In this document: one piece after another, positions 19,235 to 29,988 of the stretch
Layout of the letters: every line of letters starts with the position of its first letter
Position numbering within the stretch: the stretch's first letter is position 1
Assembly: GCA_041946735.1 (NCBI GenBank)
Contig: JBHGAY010000011.1
Coordinates: 74,132 to 138,131, forward strand
Length of the DNA stretch: 64,000 bases
Direction of reading: 5' to 3'
Origin: Candidatus Eiseniibacteriota bacterium
GTDB taxonomy: Bacteria > Eisenbacteria > RBG-16-71-46 > CAIMUX01 > VGJL01
The notes under the pieces: generated by a model
Seen by the model: only the letters and a program-made list of their open reading frames with translations
The model's database searches: none
Told to the model about the DNA's origin: nothing
Translations under genes and position numbers: made by a program

Positions 19235-20545
19235 GTGCCGGAAGAAAGCGCAGCAAGGTCGGGCGGGGCCGATCTTTCCGAAGAGGCGTTGTCGCGCGCC
19301 CTTGATGGGTTGCGCGCCCTCGTCCTCGGCGGCACCGGACTGATCGGCTCGCACGTCGTTCGATCGCTCATCCGGCGCGGGGTGCGCGTGCGGGTGCTGT
19401 CCCGAACGGGAGCGCCGGGCCCCTCCCTCGAAGGCGTGGACGTGGAGATGGTCCGCGGAAGCCTCGAGCATCCCGCCTCGGTCGAGACGGCTCTCGACGG
19501 ATGCGACCTCCTCTTTCACGCAGCCGCGCCCTATCCGACGCGCCACTTCGGGATGCAGGGGCACGTCGATCGGGCCGTTGCCGGCATGGAAGCGCTGCTC
19601 GATGTCGCGCGCTCGCGTGTGCCGCCGGAGCTTCTCGCCTACCCGCTCCGCCGGGCGGAGCAGGTCGCGCTCGAGCAGGCCGAGATGGGAGCGAAGATCG
19701 CGCGCGTGCAGCCCGAGCGACTCGAGGAGATCCGGAGGGCGGTGCGCGACCCCGAGCTGCTTTCGCTGGCCGAAGCGGGACGGTTGAACGCCTCGCTCCA
19801 CCCGCCCCTCGAAGCCTGCCGCCCCCTCGCCGGCTTGAAGCGGATCGTCTACACGAGCAGCCTGACGACGATCGGCCGCGCGAGGGGCACCGAGCCCGGC
19901 AGCCCGCGACGGCGTGATTCGCGCGAGGAGGACTTCTACGACCTCGCCCCCGATCCTTCCCCCTACTTCGCATGCAAGCGGCTGCTGGAGACGATCGCCT
20001 TGCGCGCGGCGAACGAGGGGCTGCCGCTGGTCGTGGTGAACCCGACCCTCGTGGTCGGCGAGGGAGACTCGCATGGGACCACCGCGCGCTTGATCCTGCC
20101 GGTCGCGCGCGGGCGAGTACCCTTCTACCTCGCCGGGGCGATCCAAGCTGTCGCGGCGGGTGACGTCGGAGAGGGAGAGGTGCGCGCAGCGGCCTTCGGC
20201 AGGACGGGACAGCGCTACATCCTCGGCGGGGATGCGATCGGCGGCCGGCGATTCCTGTCGATGATCGCCCAGGCGGCCGGCCGGCGCGGGCCGTGGATCC
20301 CGCTTCCCTGGTGGATCGTCGAGCCGTTCGCGTATGCAACCGAGGTCATCGCCCGCCTGCGCGGCGACGTCTGGCCGGCGCTGCCGGTCCATGGGATCAA
20401 GATGCTGCGAGAAGCCCCGCTGGTGGATCCTTCGCGGAGCCGGACGGAACTCGGCGCGCCACATACCCCCGTGCAGGAGGCGATACGGCGCGCCGTCGAG
20501 TGGTTCCGAGAGCGGGGGACGTTGCCGCGGCCGCGCGGCCGTTGA
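19235..20545 (+). CDS. NAD-dependent epimerase/dehydratase (HpnA/dihydroflavonol reductase-like extended SDR)
   Basis: GGTGLIG, FHAAA, YTSS, YFACK (YxxxK), VNPTLVVG, GQRYILGG. Start is GTG 19235 or ATG 19226. Confidence 0.85.
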   Translation: MPEESAARSGGADLSEEALSRALDGLRALVLGGTGLIGSHVVRSLIRRGVRVRVLSRTGAPGPSLEGVDVEMVRGSLEHPASVETALDGCDLLFHAAAPYPTRHFGMQGHVDRAVAGMEALLDVARSRVPPELLAYPLRRAEQVALEQAEMGAKIARVQPERLEEIRRAVRDPELLSLAEAGRLNASLHPPLEACRPLAGLKRIVYTSSLTTIGRARGTEPGSPRRRDSREEDFYDLAPDPSPYFACKRLLETIALRAANEGLPLVVVNPTLVVGEGDSHGTTARLILPVARGRVPFYLAGAIQAVAAGDVGEGEVRAAAFGRTGQRYILGGDAIGGRRFLSMIAQAAGRRGPWIPLPWWIVEPFAYATEVIARLRGDVWPALPVHGIKMLREAPLVDPSRSRTELGAPHTPVQEAIRRAVEWFRERGTLPRPRGR

Positions 20546-20606
20546 CATGGCGGCGCGCCGCTGTCGCTCGCGCCGTTGTCGCCGGCCGCCGCCCCCGTTC
20601 GCGAGG

Positions 20607-21104
20607 TTATCGCCGGCCGCCGTCCCCTGGACGCACCCGGCCGGTCGGATCATAGTCAGACGTCGGATTCGTGACCCCGGGCGAGATCCCGTGCGTGCGA
20701 GACTCGCTCCGGCGGCTCGGACTCGAGCCGATCGCGATCTCGTCGTCCGGCTCCCAGTACGGCTGCATGCGATAGTAGTCGTGGATGTCTCGGGACCATT
20801 GCGGGTCCGCCATGTCGGGCCAGTCGTCCTTGTCGAACCCGGGCGCTCTCTCGAGAATCTCCTTGTCGACGTTCAGCAGGAACGCATGCTCCTCGGGGAG
20901 CAGCTGGAGAGCTTTCCAGGGGATCGCGAACAGCTTGTCTCCCATACCGAGGAAGCCGCCAAACGACAGGACGGCGTATGCGATGCGCCCTCTCTGCGTG
21001 TCGAACATGATCTCCTCGATCTTGCCGAGTGTGTCTCCCGCCGGGTTTCGCACTTTGTCGCCGATCATGGTGCTCGCTGAAAGAACTCGTGCGTCGCTCT
21101 TCAT
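20607..21104 (-). CDS. PRC-barrel domain protein
   Basis: LSASTMIGDKVRN..G..LGKIEEIM...IAYAVLSFGGFLGMGDKLFAIPW, APGFDKDDWP. Confidence 0.9.
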   Translation of the reverse strand: MKSDARVLSASTMIGDKVRNPAGDTLGKIEEIMFDTQRGRIAYAVLSFGGFLGMGDKLFAIPWKALQLLPEEHAFLLNVDKEILERAPGFDKDDWPDMADPQWSRDIHDYYRMQPYWEPDDEIAIGSSPSRRSESRTHGISPGVTNPTSDYDPTGRVRPGDGGRR

Positions 21105-21599
21105 CGCCTCCTCCTTTCGCTGTCTTTCGCTGTCTTTCGCTTTCCGTCGCTTCGATTTGACTCCTCAAGACCGAACGTATCGTTCCGCCTCGCCGAGGAG
21201 AAGTTCCACGCGATGAAGAAAGTTTCAGGCGCGGAACCGGCCACGTGAAACGCGCCGCAGTCGACGGTGTCGCACGACGGTTCTCGACGAAGGTTTTCGG
21301 CGAGGGAGGGCCGCCTCCCTGCGATTGGCGGTCCGCCTCCGGCTCGCGGGCTGTACGATTCGAGCAGGGGTCCTAGGGACTCGGACGTTTCGACTCGGCG
21401 GCCGTGCCGCATTTGCGACACTCCGAACATTCGATGGACGTTCGAGCAGCGGCCGCAACTCCGCGGTCCGCGCGTTCGAGTACAGACCGCAGGCGGGCTG
21501 CATCCTGGAAGACAGGCGCGGGCCGCATCGCCTGGAAGACAGCGAGCGGCACGCCGGCCGAGCCGCATCGCGATCACAGGCGGCAACCGGGAGGCGACG

Positions 21600-21758
21600 A
21601 TGGACGTTCTGCGTGTGATCTTCGCGATCCTGCTCCCGCCGCTTGGCGTCTTTCTCCAGGTCGGCCTGGGAAAGCAATTCTGGTTGAACGTTCTTCTGAC
21701 GTTGCTCGGATACATCCCGGGGATCGTCCATGCCATCTGGATCATCGCCACGCGGTAA
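21600..21758 (+). CDS. YqaE/Pmp3 family small membrane protein
   Basis: MDVLRVIFAILLPPLGVFL...NVLLTLLGYIPGIVHAIWII, 52 aa; GGAGG SD. Confidence 0.92.
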   Translation: MDVLRVIFAILLPPLGVFLQVGLGKQFWLNVLLTLLGYIPGIVHAIWIIATR

Positions 21759-21839
21759 CCCGCCCGGCGCTCGAGTCCCGGGAATGGGGGTGCGTCGCGG
21801 CCGGCGGCCGCGGCAAGGCGAGCTCGAGAGGACGAGCCG

Positions 21840-22898
21840 ATGAAGCATGTGCTGGGCGAGGTCTGGGATGCGGTCCGGCTGACCTTTTCCGATTTCTTCC
21901 GGGATCACGCGACGCGATTGAGCGCCGCGCTCGCGTTCTACACCGTGTTCGCTCTGGCCCCGATGCTGGTGATCGTCATCGCCATCGCCGGCCGGGTCTT
22001 CGGAGCCGATGCGGTACGTGGGCAGGTCGTCGGCCAGTTCGGGTCGCTGATCGGCGAGGGCCCGGCGCGGCAGGTGGAGGAGATGGTCGTCCAGGCGAGC
22101 GCTCCGAAGACGAGCCTGATCGCCACGATTCTCGGCGTGGCGACCCTTCTGCTCGGCGCGACCGGTGTGTTCCTGCAGCTCAAGGGCGCGCTGAACGCCG
22201 TCTGGGAGGTCGTGCCGCGGACTGGCGGGGGCATCCTGCGGATGCTCCGCGACCGCGCCCTCGCTCTGGCGATGCTGATGGGGGTCGCGTTCCTCCTCCT
22301 CGTCACTCTCGTGCTCAGCGCGGCCCTCGCGGCGGTCGGAGAGTGGGCGGCCGACCTGATGCCGGTCTCCCTTCCGGTTCTGCAGATCGGCAACTTCCTC
22401 CTGTCGTTCCTGGTCATCACCTTCCTCTTCGGGATGATCTACAAGCTGCTCCCCGACTCGAAGATCGCTTGGAAGGACGTCTGGGTGGGAGCGGCCGTCA
22501 CCTCGTTCCTCTTTTCGATCGGGAAGACCCTGATCGGTCTCTATCTCGGCCGCTCGAGCCTCTCCTCGGTCTACGGAGCGGCCGGGTCGTTCGCGATCCT
22601 GCTGACCTGGATCTACTACTCCGCGGCGATCTTCCTCCTCGGCGCCGAGTTCACGCAGGTCTACGCGAGGAAGTGGGGAACCCACGCCGTGCGGGCTCCG
22701 GGAACGCGGCCGCGCTCGGAAGAGCTGCACGATGGCGAGCGCGGGGACGATCCAGGCCGCGGAGGGAGAGCGGAGCCGCCTCGCTGGTCGACCTCGGGAG
22801 GGGCGGCCACGCGGGCGCCGCAAGGCGCGGCGCCGAGGGCGACGCAGGGCACGGCGACGCGGCCGACCAACCCTGCGGCGCACGGCCGGCGTCGCTGA
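21840..22898 (+). CDS. YihY/virulence factor BrkB family membrane protein
   Basis: AALAFYTVFALAP, ALNAVW, YKLLP, YGAAGS...W.YYSA.IFLLGAE. Confidence 0.92.
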   Translation: MKHVLGEVWDAVRLTFSDFFRDHATRLSAALAFYTVFALAPMLVIVIAIAGRVFGADAVRGQVVGQFGSLIGEGPARQVEEMVVQASAPKTSLIATILGVATLLLGATGVFLQLKGALNAVWEVVPRTGGGILRMLRDRALALAMLMGVAFLLLVTLVLSAALAAVGEWAADLMPVSLPVLQIGNFLLSFLVITFLFGMIYKLLPDSKIAWKDVWVGAAVTSFLFSIGKTLIGLYLGRSSLSSVYGAAGSFAILLTWIYYSAAIFLLGAEFTQVYARKWGTHAVRAPGTRPRSEELHDGERGDDPGRGGRAEPPRWSTSGGAATRAPQGAAPRATQGTATRPTNPAAHGRRR

Positions 22899-22901
22899 TA
22901 C

Positions 22902-23870
22902 CTAGAGACGGGGCGTCTCTTGCCGGAACCGGTCGATCTCTTCGAGCGTCCTCGGGAGAGCGGCGCGGCCGCCGAGCCCGCGGCAGCTCATTGCGGCGAT
23001 CGCGTTCGCGAAGTCGATCGACTCTTCGAGCCCGCGACCGAGCAGGCAGGCGGCCGCGAAGCCCGCGTGGAAGACGTCCCCGGCTCCGGTGGTGTCGATC
23101 GCGTTCACGCGATAGGCGGGGAAGTCCCGGGCTTCGCCCGCGATCCACGCCGTCGCCCCTCGCGCCCCGCGCGTCACCACGATGAGGCCTCCGGCCGTCT
23201 TCTCGTGAAGGCGGGCGATGCCGAGCGCGAGATCCGAGGTTCCGGCGACGAGCGGGAGGAACGATGCGGGAGAGATCAGAATGTCGAGGCGGGGCAGGAG
23301 CTCCTCCAAGCCTTCGCGAACGTCCTCGATGTCGGCGAGGACCGGCATGCCGGCCTGGTGGGCGAGGTCGGCGGCCGCCGCAGCGGCGCGCGGGTTCTGT
23401 CCGTCGGTGAAGAGAAGCCGTCCCGTCGCGATCGACTCAGACCGGACCTCCTCGGGCTCGATCGGGATTCCCTCGCCGCGGCCCCACAACACCGTCCGCT
23501 CCCCGCTCTTCTCGTCGATCAGGATGATCGCCTTCTGCGTCATCCTCCCGGGACGGACGAGCACGCCGGAGCAGTCGACGCCCTCCGCTTCGAGCGACGC
23601 GACGTTCGCCGCTCCGTCGGCATCGTCGCCGACACCACCCAGGTAGCGTGTGCGGAACCCCAGGCGCGCGAGGGCCACCATCGGCGTCGCCGTGCGGCCT
23701 CCTCCGCCGGAGCCGTACCGCGAGAACCGGACCTTCTGCCCCGGCTCGGGAAACCGCGGCAGGACGAGCAGGTGGTCGGCCGCGTTCCCGCCGAGGCCGA
23801 CGACGTCGAACGACCTCGACTCTCGATCGGGAAGCGGCGGAGGGAACGGCAGCTTCAACGCATCCCTCAT
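22902..23870 (-). CDS. PfkB family carbohydrate kinase
   Basis: GGGG, GVGDD, VTRGARG, DTTGAGDVF; ATGA overlap with gnd. Confidence 0.9.
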   Translation of the reverse strand: MRDALKLPFPPPLPDRESRSFDVVGLGGNAADHLLVLPRFPEPGQKVRFSRYGSGGGGRTATPMVALARLGFRTRYLGGVGDDADGAANVASLEAEGVDCSGVLVRPGRMTQKAIILIDEKSGERTVLWGRGEGIPIEPEEVRSESIATGRLLFTDGQNPRAAAAAADLAHQAGMPVLADIEDVREGLEELLPRLDILISPASFLPLVAGTSDLALGIARLHEKTAGGLIVVTRGARGATAWIAGEARDFPAYRVNAIDTTGAGDVFHAGFAAACLLGRGLEESIDFANAIAAMSCRGLGGRAALPRTLEEIDRFRQETPRL

Positions 23871-25351
23871 CGCGTCTCGCTCGCTCCCCGCTCCCCGGTC
23901 TGCTCGATCCCGAGCCAGTCTGTGTGGAGCGGTGCTTCCCCGGGACGGTCCGCCCTCTCGTAGCCGTGGGCCCCGAAAGCGTCGCGCTGCGCCTGCGTGA
24001 GATTCTGCGGCAGCCGCGGCGACCGGTAGGCGTCGAAATAGGCGAGGCTCGCGGACAGAGCCGGAACCGGGATCTCGAGCGACACCGCCGAGCGCACCGT
24101 CTCGCGGAGATCGCCGTGGGCTCCCTCCATCCGCTCGCGAATCTCGGGATCGAGCAGGAGGTTCTCGAGGTCCGGATTCTGCGCATAGGCGCGGAGCATC
24201 ACGTCGAGGAAACGAGCGCGGATGATGCATCCTCCCTTCCAGATCCTCGCCGTCTCACGGAGCGGAACGTTCCAGCCGCGCTCGATCGAAGCGGCACGGA
24301 TCACGTTCATCCCCTGCGCGTAGCAGCAGATCTTCGCGGCATACAGGGCCGAGCCGATCCGGCGGAGCGTCTCTTCCCGGTCATCGAGCCGGAGATCCCA
24401 GGTGGACTGCGGATAGAGGCCGGCCGCAGCGATCCGCTCCTCCTTCCGGCTCGACAGAATCCGCGCGTCGACGGCCGCGGCGATCGTCGGCGCAGGGACC
24501 CCAAGCTCGCTCGCCGCCTCGACCGCCCAGCGTCCCGTTCCCTTCTGGCCGGCGCGATCGTCGACAAGATCGACGAGCGGCCTGCCGGTTTCCGAGTCGC
24601 GCACGGTCAGGAGCTTCGAGGTCAGATCGATCAGGAAGGATTCCAACGGTCCTTCGTTCCAGCGGGCGAACGCCTCGGACGCCTCGCCCGCATCCAGTCC
24701 GATCGCGCGGCGCAGCAGATCGTACACCTCGGCGATCAGCTGCATGTCTCCGTACTCGATTCCGTTGTGCACCATCTTGACGAAATGTCCTGCGCCGTCC
24801 GGGCCGAGCAGCGCCGCACAAGGACCCATCTCCGTCTTCGCGGCAATCGCCTCGAAGGCCGGCCGGATCTTCTCGTACGCTCCGGCCTCTCCTCCCGCCA
24901 TCAGCGACGGGCCGCTACGCGCGCCGTCCTCCCCACCCGAGACGCCGCATCCGATCAGCTCGATTCCGGCCGGCGCGATCGCCTCCTGGCGCCGGATCGT
25001 GTCGGGATACCAGGAATTGCCGCCGTCGATCACGACATCGCCGGGATCGAGGAGCCCGCGGAGCTGGCCGAGCACCGAGTCGACCGGCTCGCCCGCCCGG
25101 ATCATGATCAGGATTCTCCGGGGGCGCTCGATCGACGCGACGAAGGCGCCGAGATCGCCGTTCGGGACGAAGCCGCCGCCGGGGTTCTCGGACGTGAAGC
25201 GTGTGATCAGGTCGCTCGTGACGTTCCAGACGGCGACCGTCTCACCATGATCGTGAAGGTTCAGGGCGAGGTTCGAGCCCATCACCCCGAGGCCGACCAC
25301 CCCGAAAGTCGCCTTCTCGCCGTTTGCCGCGGCGCGCGCGCCGGATGCCAT
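23867..25351 (-). CDS. gndA: NADP-dependent 6-phosphogluconate dehydrogenase (decarboxylating)
   Basis: GLGVMG, IDGGN, GVSGGE.GA, FVKMVHNGIEYGDMQ, QKGTG, GGCIIRA, QAQRDAFGAH. Confidence 0.95.
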   Translation of the reverse strand: MASGARAAANGEKATFGVVGLGVMGSNLALNLHDHGETVAVWNVTSDLITRFTSENPGGGFVPNGDLGAFVASIERPRRILIMIRAGEPVDSVLGQLRGLLDPGDVVIDGGNSWYPDTIRRQEAIAPAGIELIGCGVSGGEDGARSGPSLMAGGEAGAYEKIRPAFEAIAAKTEMGPCAALLGPDGAGHFVKMVHNGIEYGDMQLIAEVYDLLRRAIGLDAGEASEAFARWNEGPLESFLIDLTSKLLTVRDSETGRPLVDLVDDRAGQKGTGRWAVEAASELGVPAPTIAAAVDARILSSRKEERIAAAGLYPQSTWDLRLDDREETLRRIGSALYAAKICCYAQGMNVIRAASIERGWNVPLRETARIWKGGCIIRARFLDVMLRAYAQNPDLENLLLDPEIRERMEGAHGDLRETVRSAVSLEIPVPALSASLAYFDAYRSPRLPQNLTQAQRDAFGAHGYERADRPGEAPLHTDWLGIEQTGERGASETR

Positions 25352-27423
25352 CACCGCTCTCCGCGCTCGTTGGCCGGCGCACTGCGCTGGCCGCCGGCAG
25401 GGGACGATGCGCCGAGCAGCCCTCGGACGGCTGAGGCGACGCGCTCCCCGGTGAAACCGAGTCGCTCCATGTTCACCTCGCCCGGCGCCGAGGAGCCAAA
25501 GCGGTCGATGCCGATGGCGACGCCGCGCGAGCCGATCCAGCGCGACCAGCCGAGCGTGGCTCCCGCTTCGACCGAGACGCGCGCGTCGATCGACGGAGGG
25601 AGAACGGAATCCCGGTACGCTTGCGTCTGCGCCTCGAACGCCTCCCAGCACGGCATCGAGACCACCCGCACCCCGATCCCCTCCTTTCGCAGGATCTCCC
25701 GTCCTTCGAGCGCGACCGCGACCTCCGAGCCGGTGGCGAGCACGATGGCGCGCGCCGGCGCCGGATCCGCTTCGGCAAGGACGTAGGCGCCACGCTCGAC
25801 TCCTTCGGCGCCTCCGCCCCCCGCGGATCGATCGAGCACCGGGACGTTCTGGCGGGTCAGCACGAGCCCGGTCGGCCCGCCGGTTCGCTGGATCGCCAGC
25901 TTCCATGCCTCGCGCGTCTCGTTGGCGTCGGCCGGCCGCACGAGCCACACGTTCGGGATCGCGCGGATCGACATCAGCTGCTCGATCGGCTGATGCGTGG
26001 GTCCGTCCTCTCCCAAGCCGATCGAATCATGCGTCCAGACCCAGGAGACGGGAAGCTGCGAAAGCGCCGCCAGGCGCAGCGCGGGGCGCATGTAGTCGGA
26101 GAACGCGAAGAAGGTCGCGACGTAGGGATGCACTCCGCCGTGATAGGCGATGCCGTTGGCGATCCCCGCCATCGCGTGCTCCCGCACGCCGAAATGGATG
26201 TTGCGTCCCGCTCCCGTCCGGCCGTCGAAGTCGGGCGCTTCCGCCACGCCGGTCTTGGTCGAGGTGGAGAGGTCGGCGTCGCCGCCGAGGATCCAGGGGA
26301 TCTTGCGGACGAGAGCGTTCAGCACTTTGCCCCCCGCCGACCGCGTTGCGACCGATTCGCCCGGTTTCCACGAGGGGAGATCCGCGTCCCAACCGGCGGG
26401 AAGCTGACGCGCCAGCGCGAGCTCCCACTCCTTCGCCGGATCCGGGTTCTTCGCCTTCCACTCGTCGAACGCGCGCCGCCACGCCGCGTGGCGCTCCTGC
26501 CCTTCGCGACGCAGCTCGTCGAAGCGCCGCTGCGCCTCCTCCGGCACGAAGAACGCGCGATCCGGATCCCAGCCGAGGTTCTGCTTCGTCGCCCGGACCT
26601 CGTCGGGGCCGAGCGGGGAACCGTGAGCCTCCGAAGTCCCCTGCTTATGAGGAGCGCCGAATCCGATCGTGGTGCGGACGATCACGAGCGACGGGCGGTC
26701 GGTTTCGGCCATGCCCGCGGCGATCGCGCGGTCGATCCCCTCGAGATCGTGATCGCCGTCCTCCACGCGCAGCACGCGCCATCCGTACGCCTCGTAACGC
26801 TGTCCGACGTCCTCCGTGAAGGCGAGGGACGTCGGCCCGTCGAGCGACACGTGATTTGCGTCGTAGAGGACGAGGAGTCGCGAGAGCCCGAGATGGCCCG
26901 CGAGCGACGAAGCTTCGCCCGAGACCCCCTCCATCATGTCGCCGTCGGAGGCGATCACGAAGGTGCGGTGCCCGACGATCTCCTTACCGGGACGGTTGTA
27001 GCGATGCGCGAGGAACCGCTCGGCGATCGCCATCCCGACCGCATTCGTCAGCCCCTGGCCGAGCGGGCCGGTCGTCGCCTCGACGCCCGGCGTCGCATGC
27101 ACTTCGGGATGCCCCGGCGTGCGCGAGCCCCATTGGCGGAACGACTTCAGATCGTCCAGCGTGAGGCCGTATCCGCTCAGGTAGAGCAGCGAGTAGAGGA
27201 GCATGCTCCCGTGACCCGCCGAGAGGACGAAGCGGTCACGATCGGGCCACTTCGGGTCGGCCGGATCGTGGCGGAGATGGCGCGACCAGAGGACCCAGGC
27301 CATCGGGGCGGCGCCAAGAGGCAGGCCGGGGTGCCCCGAGTTCGCCTTTTCCACCGCGTCGATCGAAAGGGTGCGGAGCGTGTCGATGCAGAGGCGATCG
27401 AGATCGTCGAACGGTCCGTTCAT
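25351..27423 (-). CDS. tkt: transketolase
   Basis: [59 protein letters not shown]. Confidence 0.96.
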   Translation of the reverse strand: MNGPFDDLDRLCIDTLRTLSIDAVEKANSGHPGLPLGAAPMAWVLWSRHLRHDPADPKWPDRDRFVLSAGHGSMLLYSLLYLSGYGLTLDDLKSFRQWGSRTPGHPEVHATPGVEATTGPLGQGLTNAVGMAIAERFLAHRYNRPGKEIVGHRTFVIASDGDMMEGVSGEASSLAGHLGLSRLLVLYDANHVSLDGPTSLAFTEDVGQRYEAYGWRVLRVEDGDHDLEGIDRAIAAGMAETDRPSLVIVRTTIGFGAPHKQGTSEAHGSPLGPDEVRATKQNLGWDPDRAFFVPEEAQRRFDELRREGQERHAAWRRAFDEWKAKNPDPAKEWELALARQLPAGWDADLPSWKPGESVATRSAGGKVLNALVRKIPWILGGDADLSTSTKTGVAEAPDFDGRTGAGRNIHFGVREHAMAGIANGIAYHGGVHPYVATFFAFSDYMRPALRLAALSQLPVSWVWTHDSIGLGEDGPTHQPIEQLMSIRAIPNVWLVRPADANETREAWKLAIQRTGGPTGLVLTRQNVPVLDRSAGGGGAEGVERGAYVLAEADPAPARAIVLATGSEVAVALEGREILRKEGIGVRVVSMPCWEAFEAQTQAYRDSVLPPSIDARVSVEAGATLGWSRWIGSRGVAIGIDRFGSSAPGEVNMERLGFTGERVASAVRGLLGASSPAGGQRSAPANERGER

Positions 27424-28181
27424 GATGGGCGGCTCCTTTTCTGCTTCTGACTTTGATTCTGAGCTTCGTCGAGCAAGGGCGGGGGCAGTTCCCTCGCCGC
27501 CTCCGCGTCGAGAATCCATTCGGCGCCATCGGCGAGCTGAATCGGATGACGAAGAGGATCGACGGGGCCCGTAATCGCCTGCTGCACCGCCCGCGCCTTT
27601 TCCTTCCCGGCGACGGCGACCAGGATGTGGCGGGCCGAAGCGATCACGGGAGGCGTGATCGTGACGCGCCACCGGACTCCGGCCGGCGCCTCGACCGCGA
27701 CTGCACGCCGCCGGGTCTCGAGGATCGCCGGCGAGCCGGGGAAGAGCGAGGCGGTATGGGTGTCCGCCCCCATGCCGAGCAGGAGCAGATCGAGGGACGG
27801 AGGCAGGCCCGCTGCGTACTCCTCGGCGGCTCGCTCCCGGTCGCTCCGCTCTCCCTCGATCCGGTGGATCCGCTCCGGCAGGACGGGCAGCGACGAGAAG
27901 AGCGTTTCCAGCGCCATCCCATAGTTGCTCTCCGGGTGCTCGGGCGGGACGCAGCGCTCGTCGGAAAAGTAGAAGTCGACATAAGACCATCCGATCCGGG
28001 CGGTTTCGGGAGAGGCCAGGATCGCGGCGTGGATCGCCCGCGGAGTGTCGCCGCCGGCGAGCCCGACCGAGGCGCGCCCCCGAGAGACGATCGATTCGCG
28101 GATCCCTCGCAGCACGCGTGAGGCGGCCGCATCGGCGAACTCATATCCCGGGCGGGCGAGGGTGAGAGAGAGCTCCTTCAT
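27420..28181 (-). CDS. pgl: 6-phosphogluconolactonase
   Basis: [38 protein letters not shown] overlaps on both sides. Confidence 0.93.
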   Translation of the reverse strand: MKELSLTLARPGYEFADAAASRVLRGIRESIVSRGRASVGLAGGDTPRAIHAAILASPETARIGWSYVDFYFSDERCVPPEHPESNYGMALETLFSSLPVLPERIHRIEGERSDRERAAEEYAAGLPPSLDLLLLGMGADTHTASLFPGSPAILETRRRAVAVEAPAGVRWRVTITPPVIASARHILVAVAGKEKARAVQQAITGPVDPLRHPIQLADGAEWILDAEAARELPPPLLDEAQNQSQKQKRSRPS

Positions 28182-29716
28182 CCCAGCTCCGTCCAACGCT
28201 TTCCCTCCCGCGACAGCATTTCTCGAGCTGCTTCGGGCCCCTCGCTCCCAGGCTCGTAGATCGAGAGCGGGATCGAGGCATCCGATCCCCAGGCCTCGAG
28301 GATCGGCTCGAGGAAGGCCCAGGAATTCTCGACCGCATCGCTGCGCCAGAAGAGCGTGGGATCGTCTCGCATGCAATCGAGCAGGAGCCGCTCGTAGGCG
28401 TCGTGGAGGGAGGTCTGGAATGTCTCGTTCCAGTCCATCCGCATCGTCACGTTGGCGATCGACAGCTCGTCGCCGGGGGCTTTGCTGACAAAACGGAGCG
28501 TCATTCCCGGGTCCGGTTGGATTCTCGCGAGAAGGAGGTTCGGCTCGAGCCGCTGGCAGAGGTCGTCGCGCCCAAAGAGGCAGAGAGGGACCTCGCGGAA
28601 ATGGATCGCCACGAATGTCTCGCGGGAACGGAGGCGCTTGCCGGTCCGCAAGTAGAAGGGGACGCCCTGCCACCTCCAATTGTCGATCAAGACGCGCAGC
28701 GCCACGTAGGTCTCGGTCGTCGAGCCGGGGGCGACGGACGGCTCCTCCTGGTACCCGCGATACTGCCCCCGCACCACGTGGCGGGCGACGGCCTCGGCCG
28801 GGATCGGCCGGAGGGCGCGGAGCGTCCGCGCTCTCTGGTCGCGGATCTCCTCGGACTCGAAAGAGACGGGCGGGTCCATGGCGCACAACATCAGGAGCTG
28901 GAGGACGTGGCTCTGGATCATGTCGCGGAGGGCGCCGACCGTTTCGTAGAATCTGCCGCGCCCCTCGATCCCGATCGATTCGCTCGACGTGATCTCGACG
29001 TGATCGATGTAGCGGCGGTTCCAGAGCGGCTCGAAGATCGAGTTGCCGAAGCGGAACACGAGGAGATTCTGCACCGCCTCTTTGCCCAGGTAGTGATCGA
29101 TGCGGAAGACCTGGCGCTCGTCGATCGCGTGGGCGATCTGGCGGTTCAGTTCGCGTGCCGAGTGGAGGTCGGTCCCGAACGGTTTCTCGACAACGATGCG
29201 GTCCCACGGCTCCCGCGCCGAATCCTTGTTGCGATGGAGCAGCCCAGCCGCGAGGAGCCCCTCGAGGACGTTCGGGAAGAGATCGGGGGGAGTGGCCATG
29301 TAGAAGAGAGCGTTTCCGTGGGTCGACTCGCGCGTCTCGGGAAGCGAGAGGATGCCTCGCAGTTCCCGGTAGACCTCCGACTCCTTGACGTCCCCTTCGA
29401 GGTAGGCGAGCCTACCCGCGAAGGATCGCCAGGCTTCGTCATCGAGCGGCTTCTCGCGGCCATGCTCCTCGATCGAGCGGCGGTACTCGTCCGGGAAGGC
29501 GTCGCCGCCTTTTCCGGAGCGGCCGATGCCGATGATGCGGACTCCTTCCGGCAGCTCTCCTTCCTGGTAGAGGCTGTACAAGGAAGGAAGAAGCTTGCGA
29601 TGGGCGAGATCGCCGTTCGCGCCGAAGACGACGACCGCGCAGGGATCGGGACGCCGGGAGCGGAGGATCGGCGCTCCTGGCGGCCGGCTCGTTTCGATTC
29701 GTAGAGGTTCAGGCAC
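28178..29716 (-). CDS. zwf: glucose-6-phosphate 1-dehydrogenase
   Basis: FGANGDLA, EKPFG, RIDHYLGKE, RDMIQSH, RWQGVPFYLRTGK, AYERLL; AGGAGG SD before the GTG. Confidence 0.95.
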   Translation of the reverse strand: MPEPLRIETSRPPGAPILRSRRPDPCAVVVFGANGDLAHRKLLPSLYSLYQEGELPEGVRIIGIGRSGKGGDAFPDEYRRSIEEHGREKPLDDEAWRSFAGRLAYLEGDVKESEVYRELRGILSLPETRESTHGNALFYMATPPDLFPNVLEGLLAAGLLHRNKDSAREPWDRIVVEKPFGTDLHSARELNRQIAHAIDERQVFRIDHYLGKEAVQNLLVFRFGNSIFEPLWNRRYIDHVEITSSESIGIEGRGRFYETVGALRDMIQSHVLQLLMLCAMDPPVSFESEEIRDQRARTLRALRPIPAEAVARHVVRGQYRGYQEEPSVAPGSTTETYVALRVLIDNWRWQGVPFYLRTGKRLRSRETFVAIHFREVPLCLFGRDDLCQRLEPNLLLARIQPDPGMTLRFVSKAPGDELSIANVTMRMDWNETFQTSLHDAYERLLLDCMRDDPTLFWRSDAVENSWAFLEPILEAWGSDASIPLSIYEPGSEGPEAAREMLSREGKRWTELG

Positions 29717-29988
29717 GTGCCCTCCTGTCGAGTCCGGCGGTTCGAGCCGGCCTTCCTTTGGCGCGGCTCGATGGACGAAGCACGGGTGCGGTTCGACAAT
29801 AGGCAATCGCGGATGGGCGAGGAAGCGGCGGAGCCCACGTGAGTGGCCGGCGCAAACGACCAGCGCAAACGGCCGGCGCGAAAAGCGCGAACAGCCGGCG
29901 TGAACGGCTCGATTGCGCGATTGCCGAACGAACGGGCGCACCGCGAGCGGGCGTGAGATCTGAGCTCGCCGGTGGCCGGGAGCAAGAC

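Noticed and set aside
21172..21187. GAAC-N5-GTTC resembling a LexA (Cheo) box
   Set aside because: The spacer is 5 nt rather than 4, and the flanking genes are not SOS genes.
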